Below are positions 1-10,029 of a stretch of 64,000 nt of DNA, in pieces. The notes under the pieces are model-generated. The model saw nothing but the letters and a program-made list of their open reading frames with translations, made no database searches and had not been told where the DNA came from. The translations under genes and the position numbers were made by a program. Origin of the DNA: Saccostrea echinata (lineage: Eukaryota); NCBI RefSeq assembly GCF_033153115.1, contig NW_026889752.1:4154001-4218000 (forward strand), read 5' to 3'. The first letter of the stretch is position 1. Every line of letters starts with the position of its first letter.

Positions 1-3000
1 CAATTTCTGTGTGCAATATAGTATTGATATACCATTAAATTTGCCACGTACATTTTTGTCATTGTTGCCTTAGTTCATGACTTAGAGGCATGTTACTAAA
101 AATAGAACATGTAGTCAAACTAGGAGCTTGAATTCATTGAATCTAGACATATTTGAGGAAGTCTCAACAAATTATGACATTTCATGCATTGAAATTAATT
201 GATAGGCATAAAAGTATGTTGCCTAGAGTATCGGTCAGGATAGTAAAATTTATTCAGTACTTATCCAGTTTAAGTACAAAAAGGTCACAAATCTTCCAAA
301 ATTCACATTTCCAAAAAATTCAAATATTTATGAACTTTCAAAGTATTTTTAAAGATTCTGTAAACACTGCAATTTGTTTTATTGTAATTACACCTGTAAG
401 TACAGACCATAATTAGGAAGATATAAAAAATCTATCTTCGGACTCTTTCAAATAGGGCAGATATGAGGTCACGAACAATGCTATGTTTTGACATATTGCA
501 AATCATAATAAACATTGTTAAAAAAGCTCACATCTAGTATATCATAATTTAACTGGAAATGTTTCAGCATGTCACTTTATAATATTTCAAAACAAACAGG
601 ACAACTATAACACAATTCTACATAAAAGGAACTTAAATACATTTTAATGCAGAACATATATGTTGTCATGGGTTACGGTATTATCTTGGTACGTTTTCTT
701 TAAAAACATCAAATGGCTGTTATTCATTGAACTTATTTTTACAGGAAAAAGTATTATTGTGTGGTATTAATAAATATTCTATATAAAAAGGCAAAGTGTT
801 TAAAAATACTAAGAAATTTATTTTTGTCATTTAAATATAAAGAACATGTTGCCATGGAAATACCATATTCTTGGAGTTTTATCATTTTCTTTGAAAAGGA
901 TGAAAATTACTTTAATCAATTCATTACTCTTCGATCAAAAAATCATGAAAACAAGTCCAATATTTACAAACATTTAAAATAAACCATTGGTGTACCCGGT
1001 ACAGATACAGAAAAAAATATGTAAATGTTGCCATGGAAACATCATACATTTTACATTTTTTTTCCATTTTTCCGAAATCCCCCCCCCCCCGATAATCTTC
1101 AAATCTTTACTTTTGCTAATACATATATAATATGACTAAAAAGGACTATTTGTGTTATGAAATAGACACAAAAGAACATGTTATACTAACATAGCATGTA
1201 AGCTACCATAAAAATGTTTACCATGGTTACCAAACAAAGCAAAATATCAAGTGTTTAAATTTATTAGAAATACATAATTATATGCTAATATATTCATATG
1301 CTAAGTGCATTTCATGAAATGCTGGAATTGTAACTTGTATCTTTAGAAATATCTTTAACAATTAGAATAAAATTGCAGAAAATAAACTTTTCACACCTAC
1401 ATGTTTATCAAATAGGTTGCCATGGATACACAAAATTACGTATTTACAACATTTAACACATTTTCAGATTTTTTTGCCATAATCAATCGCAGTTTCCTCT
1501 GCTTTTCTGTAAAGGTGGTTTCCCAGAGCGAGATGTTTCTCGAGATTGGCAGACCTTACATACTGTTTCTGACAAGAGGGATCTGGACATGAATACAATT
1601 CATCAAACAGTTGTCTCTGATCCTGGTCCTGCACACTGACAGCTTCATTTCTGTTGTTAGAGTTTCTTTTTCTCATACAAACTTGTCCAGTATCAACTGC
1701 ATGGGACGGAAATTCTTCTAAAACCTATACCAGAAAAATCCATAATGCATTAGTAATATTTAGCTAAAATAATAGAAATTCTACTGTATATTGTAGAATT
1801 TAAAACAAAAACAACTATTTAAAAAAAATTTGTTTATCCATACAAAAAAGTGATTGTATATTTATTATATAGATTTGTAATCATAACATTAACCTGGAAA
1901 ACCATCATTTCTCTAACATGAAGATGTTGATATTTCAAGAAATTTGTTTCGATGAGCCTTCCACAACCAACCTGGTATGCCTTTCTCATAATTACTGAAT
2001 CCACATTAAATATGAAGTAGTTCAGAAGGCTAATCTGGGGGATTTTGGATTTTATTTTTGGTTCCTCTGCATTGTCAATGGAGACAACACAAGCTTTAGT
2101 TCCTTTCAATCCATGATTGCTTTCTAAAGCTCTTTTCAAGTCTCTATGGCAAGTCCTACAAATTTGTTCACACCAATCTGAAAGTAAAATAATGTGATCT
2201 TCTAAACAAATACTTCTTTTTTTGATATAAAAATTAAATTTGTCAGGGATGGCACAAGTTGCATGTGCAATAATGCACTAAACTAGAATGGACTATTGCA
2301 TAAGATATATTACATGCAGCACTTTAGTTTCAGAATTTCATGAGTTTTTCAACAAATGTACAAGTACTTTTAACCTAACAAGGGATTTTGTCTTATATGT
2401 AATAAAATTATTAAGCATGTTGCAAAGTCCTTGCTCATTCTCAATTTTTTCCTCAAAATGTCAACATTTTGAATCTGAAAATTGCTTAATGTATCCTTTT
2501 GCATACTAGCTAGCTAATGTATAATTAACAAATATTATAATTACCAAGTTCTTCCACAAACTGTACATTGTAAGAGGGAGAAACATTCTTCTTATGCTCC
2601 ATTGAGCACCTCTTGCAAATTGCTACAAGACAAGTAATTGAAATAAATAATGCAAATTTTGTCAAAGTACAAGTACATTGTAATAGAACTTATTTATGGC
2701 ATATACACATCATTATCGAATTCATTTTCTTTAAATTTCCTTAATAATATATTGAGTAAATAAACAAATTATAAATAATAAATAATAGTGATCACCTGGT
2801 GTACTTTAACTGTTTTGAGATATAATAATTTTTTTTCTGTAGTTTTCTGTGAATGCCTTAATTTAGGTTACAAACAAAATTAAATGCTGATTTCCAATAA
2901 TAGGCCTAAATGACCCCCCCCCCCCCTCCTTTTTTCATTTTTTTTTTTTTAAATTATGATAGTTTGTGTAATTTTCAAATAAGATCCTAACAAACCATGT

Positions 3001-4581
3001 AAGTCTTACTACTTGTGATCAGTGATCAGTTTGCATTTCTCAGATTACTCCATGTATACATATGCTCTTTAAACTTAACTTGAATTTATTATCTAAATTT
3101 ATTCTACTGGAATAAATATTTCTTTCATACACATAATTCAATGCAACTTTTTTATAATCATTTTATTGAAAATATGATAACTACTAACTAGGTTCATGAT
3201 AATTATAACCAACCTGAAACTACTGGTAATATTTGTCTTGTATTTAACCACAGTTCTTTACAAATTGTTGGACTGGCTCCTCTGTCTGCTTTCATGTTTC
3301 CCTGATGACCAGGATAGAAACAGGTTCTCTTGGGTCTTTTCCATCGTGCCCCCAACTCTTCACGGTGCTTTATACATATTCTCATTGAAAGAACGGTTTT
3401 ATCAACCGTGAAATACCCACTTCGATATAATATTAATATATACTCAGGACATACGTGAGCATCATACACATGCTTGTCTATTATTTCCGCACTTTGTAGA
3501 GAATATAGATGACTCAAGATATATATGTCACATTCATAAACATAAAAAGTGTTTGCAAAATTACAATCAGATTCTCCATTATGAAAGTCACACACAGCAG
3601 GGCATTTGGTTGGCAGTGCTTGTAAATGAACATCCATTTCCATTTATAAATATATCAAATTAATCAGAAAAATCTTGGAAGTCATTTTGATTAAAAAGAT
3701 CAGACCACATAGATCAAAAAAGTTGCATCAAGTTCATTCTGATAAATCATGTTTTGACCTCCATTACTTCTCTTCTCTTTTCTACCTCCTCTGCCTGGAG
3801 ATTGCATTTAAGGGGAGGTAAATCTTATAAATAATTTTTCATAGAAACAAAACTTATCTACAGGATTTAGACATGGAAGATATTGATCTAACAAGTATTT
3901 ATGACCAGAAAATATATTTTTAAAATCAATTCAAAATTTAAAAAGCATTTTAAGGTCTCGATGTCTAAAATATGAATAAATTCAAGAATGACCTAAAATA
4001 TGTCATTTCATATATATATATATATATATATCAATTTTTATCAATTGTGCAGTAAACTTTGAGAGTCCAAAGATGGATTTTCTTTCAGTTTCCATTTAGT
4101 TCTTCTACTTCTATAATCATGTGAAATAGACAAGATGCAAGCGTTTACAGGTATATTTATACCTTACTCAAAGTTAGCATTTTCTTTAATATCTGGCAGT
4201 GGTATCGATATACCAGTTTTCTAAATTCTGCCTGATCTTTATAAAAGCAGTACTATCAATTCAACTTTGTTTTACTGAAAATATAAGACATAGATAACTT
4301 ATATATGAGTAAAAAGTATGTATGAATTGTTCTCTTATTTTTGTAATTTGGTACTCAAAATGTATCATTTTTGGTATTTTTTTTTTACAATTTTCAAAGG
4401 ATACTTGGGCCAATACTTAAAGTAGGTCAAAGCTAAAAATAGAACAACATTGAGGGGCAATTGAATTCAAAATTTGGACTTTCATGGGAGGTTCTTCCAG
4501 TTTTATACCAGTTTTAAAATATCTGAGATGTAAGCTTGTGGACCATTTTTGTCATTTTGCATGGTTTTCTCTGAGACGCTC
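1..4581 (-). mobile_element. Degenerate, internally deleted DNA transposon, Sola3-like, with intron-containing transposase fragments; runs off the window start
   Basis: Minus-strand fragments 3203-3643 ([20 protein letters not shown]), 1834-2139 (KRALESNHGLKG..IPQISLLNYF..KAYQVGCG) and 1464-1676 (C2H2 finger CPDPSC..LEKHLALGNH) resemble the N- and C-terminal parts of Sola3-type transposases as I recall them. No DDE core is seen. Repeated GTTGCCATGG-type motifs lie in 60-1430, and there is a candidate GAG terminus at 4581. Confidence 0.45.
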
Positions 4582-7329
4582 ACTTAACAGCCTTCAAACT
4601 TTCACACCATTGTACTGTTAAAAATGCAAAGTATTATTTATCTAGAAAATTTATTTAATTAAAAACAGCTTTTCAAATTCAAAGGCAGGCTGTGAAGGAA
4701 TTTCTGAGCAGGTGCAAAAAATAGTCCACAGTTCAAACAGTTCTTCTGGATGAAATCAATTCTGAAAACAAAATGAAATACCATTATGGAAAGTTCATTG
4801 GTGTTTTAAAAAAGTGATACTCAAAACAATGCATTGAGTAATATGGAAAACATATTCATGACTCTTCTGTTTTTATTATCAAAACATTTCAATAATCTTG
4901 CTAGGAATATGTATGGTTTATAGCTTATATGGAGCATACCTTTTTATTTTATTGGTGGAAACACTTGCTGCCTGCTATACTATATTTTCTGAAATTCATA
5001 AAATAAATAGAAATAAACTTTTGATACAAAACTTTTCTGGGAAATTAAAACCTATGACATTTGCAAAAGTAGAATTGGTAGCTATACTTAATTTAAGTAA
5101 AAAAATCAATATACTAGAGGTAACATTTAATTCTTTCACCTATACAACATTTAAAAAAAAAATAACACTGGCATATTATAAAATTAATGTGAAATGCTTT
5201 AGTGTGATCATACCCAGTGGAGAAATTGATGCATCTATTTTGATAGTTCTAGCCGATGTAAATGCCAGTTTTAACCAGTTCTGTGACAGCTACAATGACA
5301 AAAGAATTATACATATAAACAGTACATAAATACATATAAGACTGACTTAATGTACATGTAGTCAGACAAATGAAAATTCAAACATTCTATCTTCATTAAT
5401 GTAGAAATTCTACAAATTTACAGCCTAGTGATACAGATAGTAAAAGTTCTACGATGAATTTAAATATGAAGCACTGGTAAAAACTGAAATCTTAAAATTC
5501 ACATATTTTTGATTGCCAGAGGTATAAATTAAAATTTATAGGGTCTTATGCTCGTGTATGTACAGTGCATATACATTTTGTACACTGTGCAGTTTGACTT
5601 CACAAATACATTGTAAGTGTGACTGCATCTAAATTATACTATTTGATATCATGACGTGCTGTGCTTATATTATGTTACATGTTTGTACATGTATGCCAAA
5701 GGACAACATCATTGCATGTATAAAAGTGTGCAACTTTCATAATGTGTGTGTTTTTGTGTATTGGGGGTGGGGGGGGGGTGGGGGGGGGCATACACACAAG
5801 GCACTGCATTGAAGTTTGTGACGGACTGTAATAATACATCTAATTGTACATGTTCATGGTTATTTGACATCGATGTAAAGAATAGAATGTCTACATGTTA
5901 ATACCTATGCATACACACCTTAATGAACAGAAAGAGACCTAGGGAGGTAGTGCGGATCATCTCAGTTTTCCATGATTTCCCGAAATAACGTCATCATCTT
6001 CTCATCAAAAAGATAAAGAAGGCCCAGATCTCTTATTTTATCCCTATTCTCTTTAAAGATTGCCTGATTGTTGCATTTAACCACTGCATATCTCAGCCGC
6101 TGTTCGCCACGTTTTTAGATGTAAACAACATTCCGTGTCACCGAGTGCAAGCGCTTGGCTGAAGCCGAATGCAGCCAAACGACACAATAAAAAGAGAATT
6201 ATTTCGAAGACGTGTTGTTACTATATAAGAGAAAATCACTAATGTTTATTTATTTAAACCTGAAAATACAGACATTCATTACAAATTCTCGCAATCATCA
6301 TTAAATAGCTTTTTTGAGCTCTATTTCCTTATATGGATCTTTCAAGGCGGAGCAATTGTCATGACGTCAACCTCATTATGACCTCATTACCATATTATCT
6401 TCATGTGTAGCCTTAACTGTACTGCGTGGTTATATCACGAATTTGAATTAGTTATATGACCTATTTGAGTTTTTTATAACATTAAAAACGAATGCGAAAA
6501 ACAAGACAATCTAGCTTCAATGCAAAGTAAAGGATGAACATTCAAAACGCCTTCAAAGAGCAGTTTTATTTCCTAAGCAGTGATTCAAAATTGATGAAAT
6601 TGATTTCATTGCTCTTGCACAAACTTTTACAAAAAGATAATAAAGTTTCTATGGACTTACTGCACTTAATTTGAGAAACACCCTCTAGTATGCCGGCATT
6701 GCATTGATCAAATAAACTGTAGATTCTCTGTAAGATCATTTATTTGGCACAAAGAGGAGAGGGGACACTGTTTTTAAGTTACAATGTATGTAAAAAAAAA
6801 AAAAGACCATAAAATAACATGTTTGCATATGAAAAACTAGATTTGTATTGACCATAAGCAAATTCGGGCTGCCCTTTTCCCCCGCGTTATAGTCCAAGGC
6901 ATTTAAAACGCCATTTGTTTTCAATTCCTGTGAAGTTATATAAATTTCACTTGCAGTCAGCTTTTGCTATATTTATTACTTTCTCTCTGTTACAAACTTA
7001 CAATTATCTAAATGAAAAGAGACTGAAATTCCTGTATAGAGTAAATGAATGCACTTTAGTCTTGGGAGCAGTTGTTATTTCATACTTAATTTGAATAGGT
7101 GGTATCACCTATTCAAGAAGGGGATATCACAAATTCAAAAGCTAAAAGGGTGATATCACACATTCGAATAGGTGATATCACTTAATGGCAGTAAATACCA
7201 AACGGTCCCTCATACTACTGCTTGCAATAGAATACATTCTAGTCTTGATCCTTTTTATCATTTGTTTCATATTTCGATATTTTACTGATTATAGACGTTT
7301 ATGGCCAATTAACAAACGGGTTGACTTTA

Positions 7330-7660
7330 GATTGATTGATAGTATGTTGTTTTACGTCCGATTTGAGAATTTTTCGCTCATATAGAGACGTCACCTTATA
7401 CCGGTGAAGGGCTTCAAATTTAGACCTTTACTCGTTACTCAGGGCCATTGAGCAGTGAGGAATCTTTATCGTGCTAACGCCTGCCGTGACACGGGGCCTC
7501 GGTTTTTAAGGTCTCATCCAAAGGACCCGCAACTTTCACTTCAAAGTGCTGAGCGCCTGGCGAAGGAACAGTTGCTACCTATTTTTTTTTCGACTCAGGT
7601 CAGTCGCGGCCGAGATTCGAACTCACGGCGAGCGCTTTACCGACTGAGCTACCGTGACGA
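7330..7660 (-). mobile_element. tRNA-derived SINE (bivalve Meta/RUDI-like)
   Basis: Minus-strand head has an A box (TAGCTCAGTCGG) and a B box (GTTCGAATC). The body is shared with the copy at 26643-26949, and there is an (ATCA)n tail near 7330. Confidence 0.8.
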
Positions 7661-7827
7661 CGGTTACTTTAGAAGTCTCTAAAAAAGTAATTCTTCTTAT
7701 TTTAAAAATTGTAAGGCACTTTTGCTACATGTCCGAAAATTACATGTATGTACACTATTTAAATCATTGGCTTAAAGAGGCATTCGGACGCTACTTAATA
7801 AATAAACCGGTAGATAGACATTGTAAA

Positions 7828-7830
<3 letters not shown>

Positions 7831-7872
<42 letters not shown>
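7831..7872. repeat. (CT)n microsatellite
   Basis: Directly visible perfect CT run. Confidence 0.98.
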
Positions 7873-7874
<2 letters not shown>

Positions 7875-8142
7875 ACTCTGGATAGTATAAGCGAAAATTA
7901 AAAAAAAGTTTGTTTTTTTTAAACAATGATACATAAGTCAATCAGAATGAAAGCATTTCCACATAAGGTACATGTACATTGTCAATTCACCATAAAAGAC
8001 ATTTGAAAGATTAAATGAGAACAACAGATCATCGCTATATCTTCAATTTACCTCATGTGAGCATTTTGATCCATGACTCTCTTGATTCATTATTTCTTAA
8101 TTTTTTTTTAATCCAAAAAAATATGTTTCTGATCAAATCTGC

Positions 8143-8364
8143 CAGGGATCATTACTCTACGGGGGTCATTTTTCTTCACGTAGGGTATGCAGATTTTAAG
8201 GGTGATGCCACTTTTTCTACGGGCGAAAAAGTCATTTTTCTACGTCGAATAATGACCGGGGGTCATTTTTCTACGTCGAATAATGACCTGGAGTCATTTT
8301 TCGACGTCGAAGAATCACCCCCGGTCATAATTCTACTGGGGTCATTATTCGTCTTTACACCGGC
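8143..8364. mobile_element. Short repeat element built from palindromic units (GGGGTCATTTTTCTACGTCGAATAATGAC), ending ...TTTACACCGGC
   Basis: Several degenerate GTCATT..AATGAC units. The element abuts and truncates peptide gene A and is absent at the paralogous position (18863). Confidence 0.6.
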
Positions 8365-8457
8365 TCTTCTTTCTTCTATCATTGTGACATTATATACACC
8401 CATCATATTGAAGGCAAGAATCAGCATAAGCATAACCATTATCTTGAATAATTTCAT
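8360..8457 (-). pseudogene. Cys-rich peptide gene copy A, truncated (signal and pro region only, fused to repeat sequence)
   Basis: MKLFKIMVMLMLILAFNMMGVYNVTMIEERRAG is 32/33 identical to peptide B. The frame then runs into the repeat (ORF 8263-8457) and the WYCC core is missing. The acceptor TTTATTAG|ATG and the upstream donor AAG|GTATG at 8685 are retained. Confidence 0.85.
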
Positions 8458-9020
8458 CTAATAAACAGGAAAAAAATGTACTAGAAACAGTGTAAGATAA
8501 AAAGTTAAACAGATTATAACTAACTTACTATAATTTAAAACAAATACAGGCAAAAACAAACTATTTTGAAATTCTTTATTAAAATACCAAAGAAAGAAAA
8601 AAGAACGAAAAATATTAGAATGTAACTATGGATTTTAGCAAACAATCTAAATGATGTTCAAGTTTAATTCTTGAAATGTTCATACCTTGGTGTTTTAATG
8701 ATTCCATGAGCTATCAACTTTCAGGGGATTGTGATTTCAACAGATAATTTGGTACAGTTTATGTAAAGAAGCAATGCGTTTGATGAAGTACTTGCGTAAC
8801 ACATGCATGAAAATAATTAAAATTTAAACTCCTTTTGGCAATTACTAATATATGATTTGATAAGACTTTTCCCCTGCAAGCAAAAAAAAAAACAGGATTT
8901 TAAACAAACAATAATATAATTATTTGTCAAAAAGGACAGCATAAAGGTAACATCTGTTCCAAAATTGTGAAATACTAATGGAAGTGTTTGAATGTCACAC
9001 GCTATGTGTAATTGTTTCCA

Positions 9021-9068
9021 TGGGTATGTCATGGGGTAAGTCATGGGGTAAGTCACGGGGTAAGTCAG
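9021..9068. repeat. 12-bp minisatellite (GGGGTAAGTCAY), 4 units; 3 units in the paralog at 19523-19557
   Basis: Directly visible, about 300 bp upstream of the predicted first exon of the peptide gene. Confidence 0.9.
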
Positions 9069-10029
9069 TCCCTCAGAAAAATTTCTATCATCCCCATATT
9101 CCAGATTTGATCATTGTAGACGGAAATAGATAACAGATCTAGTTACTGAATCATTGAGCCATATTTGCTTACTTGTTAAGGATCTTGCTTTTTCTCTATA
9201 ATTGCAATATTTCGTGTATTTGTTGCATCATTTTTTTTTTGGAAGTGGGATGTCTGTGGAAAATAATCCTCATAATAACTTATACATTCACGATCTTGAT
9301 CTATTTACTCTTTCAATTCACAGAAAAGGAATGTTATGTACAACTGAAATGTAAAGAATACAATCAGTAACCATGCCTAAGAGTCAAATAAAACTATACG
9401 AATTATTAGCAAAGCAAACACGGACCCGAAAAAACATTCAAGATGGGATCACGTGTCATAGGGGATGAAACATATCAAACGGTCACACTCATGAACCTCT
9501 GTAGCGGTCAATCAAACTAATTAAGTTTTGCTGAAGATCAATATTCAGTTCAATCTTTCTGATTTGATCCAAGCCAAACATCATCCCGTAAAGGTACTAC
9601 ACTTAAGACTTTGAAAACTGAATTTTTTTTTAACTGTGCAGTGCAGTTATTATATCTTTGGACATCTCTTATACCCTAAGTTTCAATTATGATATACCAA
9701 CTTACCCTACACTTCGGATATTTATTAAAATCTTAACATTAAGAAATTTAAAGTATCTGCAATAGCATAGTCATCATACCGATGTATCACTTAATAAAAT
9801 CAAATTTCACCTTGTGAAGTAATGTTTATTTAATAAAAAAATTTTTTTTTTTTTGCTATTAATGAGATTGGGAAGTGTACATAAAAGTACCTGTTTATTA
9901 GTACACGTAAAATCCAAAAGTGCTGAAAAGAATACAACAAACATTTTTTGTTTTGTTCTTACATGAAGAGATTACATGTATAAGCTAGTTTTGAATTTAC
10001 AAAATATCAAATTCAAACACAAAGTTCGT

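Noticed and set aside
5930-6130. Possible THAP-like remnant near a TTAA-GG terminus at ~6415
   Set aside because: Too degenerate (stops, frameshifts) to support by eye.
8143-8360. CRISPR-like appearance of palindromic repeats
   Set aside because: No unique spacers, no cas genes and a eukaryotic context.
8015-8461. Plus-strand ORFs 8015-8461 and 18728-18964
   Set aside because: Antisense shadows of the peptide genes and the repeat. The minus frame has the signal peptide, splice sites and conserved core.
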